Shown here piece by piece: positions 46,382-55,217 of a stretch of DNA of 64,000 nucleotides. Every line of letters starts with the position of its first letter. Positions within the stretch are counted from its first letter, which is position 1. Position numbers and translations under genes: made by a program. The notes below the pieces were generated by a model. It did no database searches. It saw only the letters and a list, made by a program, of their open reading frames with translations, and was not told where the DNA came from. Source of the DNA: Deltaproteobacteria bacterium (GTDB taxonomy: Bacteria > Myxococcota_A > Polyangia > Polyangiales > Houyiibacteriaceae); NCBI GenBank assembly GCA_034670305.1, contig JAXMNT010000029.1, positions 1 through 64,000 of the forward strand, in the 5' to 3' direction.

Positions 46382-46957
46382 TCAGCCGGTCGCGGGGTGC
46401 AGGCGAACGCGTCGCCGGCGTTTGACGGTGCGTCCGAGCTGGTGGCTCAGCAAGATGAGTCCGAAGAAGAAGAGCGTGTTGCCGAGGAAGGGCAACGGGC
46501 GCGGCCGGAGCGGTAACGAGTCGATCCATCCGTAGCCGCCGCCCCGTCGGCGCAGGGGTTTGACCGGGGTGATGCGTGGGTCGATGGAGAGGCCCCCGTG
46601 GAGGGTGTTGCGCTCCTGCTGCCAGACCCGGTGCGATTCGACACCGAGGAACGGCAGGCCGCCCTGTTCGACCTTGAGGTTGAGCATGTCCGGATCGTCC
46701 AGCCGGGTCGGCGGGTGCGGTCCGCTTTGGAGATGCCAGCGGGTGTAGCCGATGAACTCCGAGTGATCCCGGACATGAAGCACCTCGCCAGCGGGCGTTT
46801 CCACTCGGGCAGCCCAAAGCGCCTCGGCTCCCGCGCCTGGCGTGCGGCCGTACGAGTAGGCGGGCCCGGGCGGTCGCTCGATGCAGAGCCAGGCGACCGG
46901 CCAGTTGAGGAGCATGGCGACCAGAAGTCCGCCCACGATGTCCCGTTTGGAAATCAC
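46382..46957 (-). CDS. Hypothetical membrane protein
   Basis: Two TM-like segments and a basic tail. The upstream part of the 253-aa ORF is translated repeat DNA, so the start is taken at GTG 46957. Confidence 0.6.
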   Translation of the reverse strand: MISKRDIVGGLLVAMLLNWPVAWLCIERPPGPAYSYGRTPGAGAEALWAARVETPAGEVLHVRDHSEFIGYTRWHLQSGPHPPTRLDDPDMLNLKVEQGGLPFLGVESHRVWQQERNTLHGGLSIDPRITPVKPLRRRGGGYGWIDSLPLRPRPLPFLGNTLFFFGLILLSHQLGRTVKRRRRVRLHPATG

Positions 46958-46999
46958 GCCCCGTGATACGGACAGAACCGAACCCTCTTCCCACACCAA

Positions 47000-47150
47000 T
47001 GCCCTTGCCCCTGCCCTTGCCCCTGCCCCTGCCCTTGAGTGCAGGCCGAAGCCGAATCCGAAGCCGATGCCGATGCCGAAGCCGAATCCGATGCCGAAGC
47101 CGATGCCGAAGCCGACCCCGTTTGCCGACCCCGTTGCCGACACCGTGGCC
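47000..47150 (+). repeat. Composite array: (GCCCTT/GCCCCT)n followed by (GCCGAA/GCCGAT)n
   Basis: Tandem hexamers visible directly; its organisation is the reverse complement of 20306-20610. Confidence 0.88.
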
Positions 47151-47162
47151 GACCTCTTCCGC

Positions 47163-47702
47163 TCAGGCGGGCGGGTCGCGGAAGAAGGCGCTGCGGTAGT
47201 AGCGGAGCTCTTCGATGCTCTCTTTGATGTCGTCGAGCGCGCGGTGGTTGCCTCGCTTGAGGGGCCGCTTGCCGTAGGCTTCCGGGTACCAGCGTTGGCC
47301 GAGTTCCTTCACCGTCGAGACGTCGACGATGCGGTAGTGCAGGTGGGCGTCGATCTTCGGCATGTACCGCACGAGGAAGCGGCGGTCTTGATGCACCGAG
47401 TTGCCCGCGAGCGGGGCTTCGCGCGGCGGACAATGTTGCTCGAGGAACGCCATGATCTGCGCTTCGGCCTCGGCGTCGGTCAGGGTCGATTGGCGGACCC
47501 GCTCGGTCAGGCCGGAGCCGCCGTGGGTTCGGGTGTTCCACTCGTCCATGCCTGCGAGCACGTCGTCGCTCTGATGCACGACCAGACTCGGGCCTTCGGC
47601 GACGATCTCCAATTCACTGTCGGTGACCAGGGCCGCAATCTCGAGCACCCGATCCGTTTCGGGATCGAGTCCCGTCATCTCCATGTCGATCCAAACGAGC
47701 AT
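47163..47702 (-). CDS. orn: Oligoribonuclease
   Basis: LVWIDMEMTGL, MDEWN..TH..SGL, LAGNSVHQDR.FL, HYRIVDVST.KEL and HRALDDIKESI.EL.YY. Confidence 0.97.
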   Translation of the reverse strand: MLVWIDMEMTGLDPETDRVLEIAALVTDSELEIVAEGPSLVVHQSDDVLAGMDEWNTRTHGGSGLTERVRQSTLTDAEAEAQIMAFLEQHCPPREAPLAGNSVHQDRRFLVRYMPKIDAHLHYRIVDVSTVKELGQRWYPEAYGKRPLKRGNHRALDDIKESIEELRYYRSAFFRDPPA

Positions 47703-47849
47703 CCGAGACCATACGACGTGGCAGGTCGGCTGGCCATCCGGGGCCAGGCCCGTAGCGGCAAGAAATGTACAGTGAGTCACGCTGGCTTGCCGGATTGAGG
47801 GTCTTGAGCGCGAACCACGCAATCAGCTGGGCGCCGCGTCCGTGAGGCG

Positions 47850-48058
47850 GGGGCTTGTTTGCTGGATAGGGCGGCCGGGTTCCGGCGGGCGATGTGCGCT
47901 CAAGCGGTGGGTTGCGCGGCGGCGCGCGGACGGGGCTGCTTTGCCAATGCAGCAGCATGCTGCATTGGCAACACCCCGCATCCGTGCCGCTTGGTCTCCA
48001 CGGCGTTGGAAGCCCCCACTCGCCGGAACCCGGCCGCCCTATCCAGCAAACAAGCCCC
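47850..48058. mobile_element. REPIN/MITE-like element with 38-bp perfect terminal inverted repeats and a central 14-bp hairpin
   Basis: 47850-47887 is the reverse complement of 48021-48058; ttgccaatgcagca-gca-tgctgcattggcaa at 47941-47971. Mobility is inferred. Confidence 0.7.
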
Positions 48059-48161
48059 GCCTTCGTAGACACAACGCCCGCAGTCGATCACCCAGGTGGC
48101 GCGCGTTCAGTTCTTGCCCTGTCTCTCGCGCAGGAGACTTTGGGCAGGAGCGAAGCGACGA

Positions 48162-49178
48162 TCAGTTCACCGGGGCGGTGGGGTCGATGATCCAGGCCGG
48201 CGGGTTGTTGTTGTTGCTGCCGGCCCACTCGGTCACGTGCACCAGGTCGCCGTTGCGCCACTCGTACAGATGCACTTCGCCGTGTCCAGCGTCGCCTTCG
48301 GCCGGCCGCCGTTCGGTGAACACCACCAGCACCCCGTTCTCCCCGCGCGGGATGAGCGCGAGGCTCGAGGTGCAACAGGGCGCTTCGAACCGCCGGAGTT
48401 CGGCGGGTTGCACGGTGCGGTTGAGCAGCAGGATGGGGCGGCGGCCATCGCCTTCGGCGTGCTCCACCCGAACGGAGAACAAGAGCGGTGTGCCATCAGG
48501 CGCCCGCCAGCGTGCCTCTCTCAGGGTGCTTCGATCCCAGACCATCACGCGCTCGTGCAGCAACGCCGGTCCACCCGCCGGGATCTCCGGGTCGGCGACC
48601 GAGTCGATCATGACGTTGCCGGTGCTGTTGTTGAAGACCTGCACGGCCATCGGTGTGATCACGACACCGCGCTGGTCGCCCTCCGTCCATTCGGCGCCGA
48701 ATCGAAACACGACGCGCAGCTGCATGCGCTGCACCGAGTTTCGGTTGAACCACCGCTGCGCGCGGTCTGGCGGGATCCGGTAGAAGCGCTCGCCGATCGC
48801 GTAGCGGGCCAGGACGCCGTTCTGCGGCGCGCGGGTCGTCAGCAGACCGCCCTCGGCCGGAAGAATGAGGTCGGCGACCCGCATCAACAGGCCCTCGCGC
48901 ACGTGTTCGTACGGGCCGGCTTCGACGTGACCGGCGGCGGGCACCGAGAGAAGCCACCGCCCAGCTTTGAGCGCACGAATGTCTCGGCGCCGGTGCCGCT
49001 CGCAGGTCCGGCGCTCGGCGCCGCTGCCATCGCAGGTCCGAAAGAAGGGCGCGGCGAAGCGGCCGATCTCTCCAGGCACCTCGCTGGCCTCCCGCGCGAC
49101 GTCGTTGAAGCGCTGGGCGGACGCCGTCGCGGTCCAACCAAGGGCCATCAGAGAGGTGGTGAGCAGGAGAGATCGCAC
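48162..49178 (-). CDS. Secreted hypothetical protein
   Basis: Signal peptide (V)RSLLLTTSLMALGWTATASA followed by globular sequence. Confidence 0.7.
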   Translation of the reverse strand: MRSLLLTTSLMALGWTATASAQRFNDVAREASEVPGEIGRFAAPFFRTCDGSGAERRTCERHRRRDIRALKAGRWLLSVPAAGHVEAGPYEHVREGLLMRVADLILPAEGGLLTTRAPQNGVLARYAIGERFYRIPPDRAQRWFNRNSVQRMQLRVVFRFGAEWTEGDQRGVVITPMAVQVFNNSTGNVMIDSVADPEIPAGGPALLHERVMVWDRSTLREARWRAPDGTPLLFSVRVEHAEGDGRRPILLLNRTVQPAELRRFEAPCCTSSLALIPRGENGVLVVFTERRPAEGDAGHGEVHLYEWRNGDLVHVTEWAGSNNNNPPAWIIDPTAPVN

Positions 49179-49242
49179 GGGAACCTTGGACGCAGGAGGC
49201 GCGGGAACATTTACCGCACCGTCCCGCCCTGGTCGAGACCGG

Positions 49243-51285
49243 TCAGAGTCCTTCGTCGATGCGGCGCATGCCTTCGAGCAAGAGCGACTCCGCACCGGCG
49301 TGGATCACGCGGGTTTTCGGCACATAGCTTGGGTCGAGTTGGAACTCGCCGGCATGGATCGAGAGCAGCGCGTACACGGCGACCTCGCCCTTCTTGCCCT
49401 CGCAGACCGCGTCCCAGACCTCTCCGCTGTGGAAATGGATCTCGCCGCTCCGGTTCGTGCCCTTCACCACGAGCTTCCCGCTCCGCCGTCCGTTGCTGAG
49501 GATCTGAAGCACGTCGGGCAACGACATCTCTTCGAGCGAGCCGCTGACCCCGCGCGGTTGCAGCGCGCGCTCGAGCAGCTGGCGCACCTTCGCGACGAGC
49601 AGGTCCGGCGAGGCGGGTTTGACGACGTAGTCCGCGGCCCCGACCTCGAAGCCGCGGTCGACGCTGTCGCGGTTGCCGCGTTTGGTGAGAAAGACCACCG
49701 GCTGCTCGTGTCCCCCCGCCCGCATCTGTGCGACGAGGAGAAAGCCATCGTCGGCGCTGTGCAGGTCGACTTCGGTGACCACGATGTCCGGTTTGGAGTC
49801 TTCGGCCTCCAGCAGCTGGAGCGCGTCGGAGGCGCCTCGCGAGATCTTCACGTCGAAGCCCGCTTCCGCGAACCGGAGGTCCAGCACGGCGGTCTCTTCG
49901 GGATCCGGGTCCACCAGCAGGCACGTGCGCCGACCCGCGAGCTTCCGTCGGAGATCGTCGCCGCCGACCACCTGGCGCAGCGCCGCGCACACGGTGGGGT
50001 CGAAGATCGTCGCGCCGAACTGTCGAATCACATCCACCGCTTCGGCGGGCGTGAGGATCCGTCGGTAAGGGTTCTTGTCGTGGGTCGTGAGATCCAGATA
50101 GGTCTCCGAGAGCGCCAGCACCCGCGCGGGCATCGGAATGTCTTTGCCCGCCAGCCGGTCGGGGAAGCCGGACCCATCCCAACGCTCGTACATGTGTTCG
50201 AGCGCCTTGTGCGTGGCGCTCGGGAGATCGGCGCTCTCGAAGAGGCGCAGCGGCGACGTCACCGACTTCTGCGCTTGGGTGCGGTGGCCTTCGTAGCGCG
50301 CGACGTTCAGCGCGGTCAGGTGGTAGGTGCTGGCTTTGCCAACGTCGTGCAGGTGTCCCGCCAGCGTGACGCCGTACACGTCCAGATCGCCGAGTCCGAG
50401 CCGCTCGGCGAGCTGTTTGCAGAGCCGCGCGACGCGGGCCGAGTGTCCTCGCAGCTCGCCGCGCTCACGTTCCAAGAGCGCGACCAGCACCTGAATCATC
50501 TCGAGGTGCCGACCGCGATCCACCAGCGCGGGGGTCATCGAGCCGGGGGGTTTGGAGAACGGGACCGCGGCGGGACCGGGCAGTTTGGGCGGTGGGTGGA
50601 CCGACTCTTTGAGGTCGGCCGCGATCTCGGGCGCGCTGATGACGATCTGTTCGAGCGTCTTGGCGGAGGGTTTCTTGCGGGTCGCCGACGCGCTCGCGAT
50701 GAACCCCTCGAACGGACTGAACCCACCGGACCCGTAGTCGTCGAGGGACATGTCCGGATCGACGGCGGAGGTCGTGCGCTCCATCTGTTTGCGCCGCAGA
50801 AGCGACGCGAGCACGCGGGGGTCGCGGTCGTAGTGTTTGGCGATCAGCGCGTCGACGGCGGCCGGCCGGGCGACGAGTACGTGCACGGTCGGCACCTGCG
50901 CGACCATCTGCACCTGTTTGGCGATGTCGGGTCGACCGGGTTCGGCGGCCACCACCGCGAGGTGCTGGCTCACCCGCTTGTAGCGCACGGGGAACACCCG
51001 CAGCCGGAGCGCGAGCCGGCGGGGGACCAGCTGGGTGAGCACCGAGTCGATGTCGGCCTTCGCAAGCTTCTCGGTGCCGACGAACTGGGTCCGGTACCAG
51101 GAGGCCATCTTCTTCAGCAGGTCGTGTTCGGTCATCACACCGACGGCCAGAAGGGCCTCTTCGATGTGGTCGCCACTGGAGCGCGCACGCACGATGACCG
51201 CCTGGTACTGGTCGTCGGCGATCACCCCTTCTTGGTGCAGCCGGTCCAGCACCGCCATGCCCGGTGGCATCGCAGGGTCTGTCAT
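49243..51285 (-). CDS. Signalling protein: T2SSE_N/MshEN-like - HD-GYP-like - REC-like - DUF4388-like
   Basis: PilB/GspE-like N-terminus; HSARVA, LHDVGK and ERWDGSGFP; REC with YVVKP; GSLEEMSLPDVLQIL...RSGKL DUF4388 pattern. Confidence 0.85.
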   Translation of the reverse strand: MTDPAMPPGMAVLDRLHQEGVIADDQYQAVIVRARSSGDHIEEALLAVGVMTEHDLLKKMASWYRTQFVGTEKLAKADIDSVLTQLVPRRLALRLRVFPVRYKRVSQHLAVVAAEPGRPDIAKQVQMVAQVPTVHVLVARPAAVDALIAKHYDRDPRVLASLLRRKQMERTTSAVDPDMSLDDYGSGGFSPFEGFIASASATRKKPSAKTLEQIVISAPEIAADLKESVHPPPKLPGPAAVPFSKPPGSMTPALVDRGRHLEMIQVLVALLERERGELRGHSARVARLCKQLAERLGLGDLDVYGVTLAGHLHDVGKASTYHLTALNVARYEGHRTQAQKSVTSPLRLFESADLPSATHKALEHMYERWDGSGFPDRLAGKDIPMPARVLALSETYLDLTTHDKNPYRRILTPAEAVDVIRQFGATIFDPTVCAALRQVVGGDDLRRKLAGRRTCLLVDPDPEETAVLDLRFAEAGFDVKISRGASDALQLLEAEDSKPDIVVTEVDLHSADDGFLLVAQMRAGGHEQPVVFLTKRGNRDSVDRGFEVGAADYVVKPASPDLLVAKVRQLLERALQPRGVSGSLEEMSLPDVLQILSNGRRSGKLVVKGTNRSGEIHFHSGEVWDAVCEGKKGEVAVYALLSIHAGEFQLDPSYVPKTRVIHAGAESLLLEGMRRIDEGL

Positions 51286-51295
51286 CGGTAGACGC

Positions 51296-52732
51296 TCACG
51301 GGCCCAGTTTACCAGGTCGAGGTCGCACCCAACCCCCAAATGCACGCTCCAGTTCGGCGGCGACAGCGAGCGTGACGTGGTCGTTCCCGTGACGCCCGCA
51401 CACCTGCACCCCAAGAGGCAGCCCCCGCGGATCCAGCCCGAGTGGGACCTGGGTGGCGGGCATCTCCATGACGTTCAACAGCGCGGTGTACACCCAGCGG
51501 GTGGGCGGCAAGAGCGGCTGCAGGTGTCGCGGCGCGACGGACGCGTACGAGGGGTAGAGCATGACGCCGTCGCCGATGCGCTCGGCGAGCTCTGTGCGCA
51601 GCGCCTCGCCGCGTCGGATCATCTCGTCGGCCCGCCCGGTCAATCGATGCAGCACACTCTCCGCCACGACCAGCCCAAGCGAGGGCAGGGTGTGGGGCGA
51701 TCGCCCGAACGCCCAGCGCAGGAGTTCCGAAGCGCGGACCTCGCCGTCGCCTTCCGCGAGCATGCGGCCGTACGCGACTGGGTTCTCGGCGCCGAGCATC
51801 GCGCTCCAGATCTCGAGTCCATCCCGCAGCCCTGGGATCATGACCTCGACCACGTCCGCGCCGCGCTTGTGCAGGTGGGCCGCGGCGCGGGCTTGGGCTT
51901 GCTGGAGATCGCGACTGACCGGGGTGACGCCATCGCTGCGCACGTCGAGCACCCGCAGGCCGGCGAGGTCCACCTGGTCGGGATCGCCGAGACGGTCGCT
52001 GTCGCCAGCGAGCACGCGCAGCAGCACGTGGAGATCCTCCGCGCTTCGAGCGAGTGGGCCCGTGGTCAGGTAGCGCAGCGACTGCGGCGTCTGCGCGATT
52101 GGAAACTGCCCAGTGTTCGGGACGAGTCCGCCCGAAGGTTTGTGACCGAACACCCCGTTGAAGAACGCGGGCATGCGGACCGAACCGCCGACGTCGGATC
52201 CGAGACCGAAGGGGCTCGCCCCGGCACCGATGATCGACCCTTCTCCGCCGGAGCTGCCCCCCACGATTCGCGACGGGTCGTACGGGTTGTTGGTGCGGCC
52301 GTAGACGCGGTTGTGGGTCTCCATCCACATGCACAGCTCGGACACGTTCGTGACGCCGAGCGGGATCGCACCCGCCCCGCGCAACCGCTTCACCGCCACC
52401 GCGTCCTCGGTGGCGCGGGTGCCGATCCGGGAGACGAGTCCGCTCGTCTGCGGCATGCCTTCCAGCCCGAAGCACTCTTTGATCGTGCACGGCACGCCAT
52501 GCAGCGGACCATTCGGCTGGCCGTTCGCGCGTGCGGCGTCGGCCGCGTCCGCTTCCAGTCGCGCCACGACGAAACGGTCTTCGACCACCGCGTTCAGCGC
52601 ACCGTTCACCCGCTCGATCGCCTCGATGTACGCATCGACCGCCGCGCGCGAAGTGGTGCGTCCTTCTCGAATGGCCCGCGCGAGCTCGACGGCAGACAGG
52701 GTGCGCAGGTAGGCGCCGTTGTCCGCGCGCAT
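51296..52732 (-). CDS. Amidase signature family amidase
   Basis: GPLHGVPCTIKE, GGSSGGE and GSDVGGSVRMPA (Ser-cisSer-Lys triad region). Confidence 0.93.
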   Translation of the reverse strand: MRADNGAYLRTLSAVELARAIREGRTTSRAAVDAYIEAIERVNGALNAVVEDRFVVARLEADAADAARANGQPNGPLHGVPCTIKECFGLEGMPQTSGLVSRIGTRATEDAVAVKRLRGAGAIPLGVTNVSELCMWMETHNRVYGRTNNPYDPSRIVGGSSGGEGSIIGAGASPFGLGSDVGGSVRMPAFFNGVFGHKPSGGLVPNTGQFPIAQTPQSLRYLTTGPLARSAEDLHVLLRVLAGDSDRLGDPDQVDLAGLRVLDVRSDGVTPVSRDLQQAQARAAAHLHKRGADVVEVMIPGLRDGLEIWSAMLGAENPVAYGRMLAEGDGEVRASELLRWAFGRSPHTLPSLGLVVAESVLHRLTGRADEMIRRGEALRTELAERIGDGVMLYPSYASVAPRHLQPLLPPTRWVYTALLNVMEMPATQVPLGLDPRGLPLGVQVCGRHGNDHVTLAVAAELERAFGGWVRPRPGKLGP

Positions 52733-52736
52733 CGGG

Positions 52737-53339
52737 CTACTGGCCGCGGGGGCCGTAGTCCGGCACGCCGCCGAAGGCTGCCTGGGTGGTCTCTTTGCGG
52801 AGGTAGAACGCACCCCACAAGGAGAAGAGCACCTTGCCGGCCGCCCATCCGCCGCTGATGCAGAGCGTCAGACCGAAGCCCATGCTCGCGATGTTGCCCA
52901 TGGCTTCGGCGCCGATGTCGCTCTGGCCGCCCATCACCCCGCTCAGCTTCTGCATCTGCTGGTACTGCATGACGAGCTCGATGGCGGTCATCACGATCGT
53001 GAGCACCGCGATGCCCCCGAGCAAGGGCGTTCCGATCTTGGGCGTGGCGGGGTTCCAGGTCAGGACCAGGATCGCGAGAACGAACATCATGATGGCCGCG
53101 ACCACGCCGACGCCCAGTCCGGCATAGCTCACCGCGAGCATCGTGCTGTCCGGTTGCATCTGCCGCATGAACTCCGTTTGGGCGCCGGGCATCTGTTCCA
53201 ACTGCGCAGCCGTCTGCTGTTGTTGAACCACCCCCCACGAACCGAAGGCGCCGCCGCAACAGCCCATCAGGCCGAAGAAGAGCGCGCCGACCGCCAGGGT
53301 CCAGAGTCCGCCACCGCGTTGCCGCTGCTCAGAGGTCAT
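52737..53339 (-). CDS. Hypothetical four-TM membrane protein
   Basis: Four hydrophobic segments; ATG at 53339; stop 4 bp before the amidase start. Confidence 0.75.
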   Translation of the reverse strand: MTSEQRQRGGGLWTLAVGALFFGLMGCCGGAFGSWGVVQQQQTAAQLEQMPGAQTEFMRQMQPDSTMLAVSYAGLGVGVVAAIMMFVLAILVLTWNPATPKIGTPLLGGIAVLTIVMTAIELVMQYQQMQKLSGVMGGQSDIGAEAMGNIASMGFGLTLCISGGWAAGKVLFSLWGAFYLRKETTQAAFGGVPDYGPRGQ

Positions 53340-53538
53340 CGCGTGCGTATACCACCGGCTGCGGCTCTGCGACACCGACGTGGCGAAGCGGAGCGAGGCA
53401 TGTCCCCGGGACGGGGTTTGGGGGCCGTGCCCCCAAGAAGCACCGCGTCGTGTCCGTCGGTGTTGCGCTTGTGGCCGGCGCCCTCGCTCGTGCAGACTCT
53501 CTGCGGCTGGCTGCTTCGGCCCGCCCAAGGAGTCCCGT

Positions 53539-54543
53539 TTGATCTCGCCACTCACCTCGTCCCACAAACACGCGTGCTGCGTTTGCCATCGGTACTTCGC
53601 CGACGCGGACCTGCAGTGGATTGGTGGACGGACGTTCTGTGCGGTGCACCACGAGCGTGCGATCTCCGCCACCGAAGCGAAGTGGTCCCGCGCGGGTCTG
53701 CTCGAGGCGGGGCTCGTCGTGCTCTTCGTGCTCGGTGTCTCGCTCGCGTTCGCGGGCGGCTCGCTCCCCTCCGGGGGCCCGGCCGCTTTGCTTCTCGCGC
53801 TCGTGCCCGCCGCCATCTGGCTCGTCTACGTCTACCGGCAGGATCGGGTGGAGCCCGAACCGCTGGGTTTGGTGCTCGGGGTGTTCGTGCTCGGCGGCCT
53901 GCTCGAACACGCACTCGGGGACCCGCTGGTCCACACGCTGCTGCAACTCGACACGTGGCAGCACCGCTCGGACCTGTCCGCTTGGGTCGGTGCGGTGACC
54001 ATCGAAGGCACGGTGGCTGTGCTCTGTGCGTACCTGGCGGTCCGGTACAGCGTGTACCTCACCTCTGAGTTCGACGAAGCCATCGACGGCGTCATCTACG
54101 CGACCGCAGCGAGCCTCGGTGTGGCGACCTCCCAGAACTTCGACCTCGTGGCACACCACGATCACCTGCTGCCGGTGGCGGGCGCGACTGCGATGGCGTC
54201 GACGACGCTCGTGGCCGTCGCGGCTGGTTCGCTGCTCGGGTACGGACTCGGCCGGCGGCGCTTCGACGCGAAGGAAGGCGGACGCTGGTTGGCGGGCGCG
54301 TTCTTGATCGCCGCGGTGGTGCACGGCGTCTTTCATGAACTCATCGTTGCGGCGGGCACGAGCGCTGGCGAGCACGAGCCGCTCCTCGGCTTCGGGGTCG
54401 CGGTGGGGCTGACGGTGTTCGTTCTGGTCGGCGTGCACGCGATCACGGTCGGCTACGCGCGGAAGATGTTGGCGGACGGTCGAGGCGACGACGTGGACGA
54501 AGACGACGCGTTCGAAGACGAAGAGATGGAGCTTGCATCGTGA
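53539..54543 (+). CDS. PrsW-family intramembrane protease-like protein with degenerate motifs and a Cys/His N-terminal knuckle
   Basis: YRQDRVEPEP, EFDEAIDGVIY...SLG and HGVF; CCVC...CAVHH N-terminus. Start uncertain; the ORF is open from 53380. Confidence 0.75.
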   Translation: MISPLTSSHKHACCVCHRYFADADLQWIGGRTFCAVHHERAISATEAKWSRAGLLEAGLVVLFVLGVSLAFAGGSLPSGGPAALLLALVPAAIWLVYVYRQDRVEPEPLGLVLGVFVLGGLLEHALGDPLVHTLLQLDTWQHRSDLSAWVGAVTIEGTVAVLCAYLAVRYSVYLTSEFDEAIDGVIYATAASLGVATSQNFDLVAHHDHLLPVAGATAMASTTLVAVAAGSLLGYGLGRRRFDAKEGGRWLAGAFLIAAVVHGVFHELIVAAGTSAGEHEPLLGFGVAVGLTVFVLVGVHAITVGYARKMLADGRGDDVDEDDAFEDEEMELAS

Positions 54544-55217
54544 GTCTCGGCGAAGATCTCAAAGTTCGAAGTGCACCGCTCGACGTGGGCGTGTGGTTGG
54601 TCGTCGCCGTGTTGCTCGGCGGCGGGTACGCCTACGCCCGCGCGATGGCGCCCAAAGCGCGTGTCGTGCGGGCGTTCGACGGCGCGGTGAGTTTCCGGCT
54701 GCCTGCCGGATGGTCCGGCCACGAACAGGGCGCGGCGGTCCGCGACGACGAATCCACGGAGTCGGACGAGTCGTGGCTGGACGCGGTGGACGGACCCGAA
54801 GCACACACCTTCGTCGCCCAGCTGCCCACGCTCGATTCGATCGTGCCGACGGTTTTGGTCGAGCGCGCGAGCGATCCCGCCGAGCCGCTCGGCCCGCTCT
54901 TTCACGACCTCGAAGTGACGCGCATGCAGACCGCGCGGTCCGACAGCGGCACCGCGTACCGCACCCTTCACGTCGATGAGCGTCCCGCGTTCGGGTGCGA
55001 GAAGACGACCTGGGTGTGGTTCGCCATCGTGCGCGATCCGCCCCACGCCGCCCCCGGCGCAGCGGTGCTTCCCATCGTGGTGACCGGCGTCGACGTGCTC
55101 GCCGAGACGGCTTCGGGAGAAGCGTGGCACATCGCGGCGTTCGAACCGGCGCATGCGTCGGAAGACGACGAGGGCGAACTGCGCCGCATCGTGGAAGGGT
55201 TGAGGATCACGCCATGA
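54540..55217 (+). CDS. Hypothetical membrane-anchored protein
   Basis: One N-terminal TM segment; GTGA and ATGA overlaps with both neighbours. Confidence 0.75.
   Translation: MSLGEDLKVRSAPLDVGVWLVVAVLLGGGYAYARAMAPKARVVRAFDGAVSFRLPAGWSGHEQGAAVRDDESTESDESWLDAVDGPEAHTFVAQLPTLDSIVPTVLVERASDPAEPLGPLFHDLEVTRMQTARSDSGTAYRTLHVDERPAFGCEKTTWVWFAIVRDPPHAAPGAAVLPIVVTGVDVLAETASGEAWHIAAFEPAHASEDDEGELRRIVEGLRITP

Noticed and set aside
53418-53436. Hairpin ttgggggc-cgt-gcccccaa as a terminator
   Set aside because: It lies between divergent starts with no convincing U-tract and occurs once in the window; it may be a REP fragment but this is unsupported.
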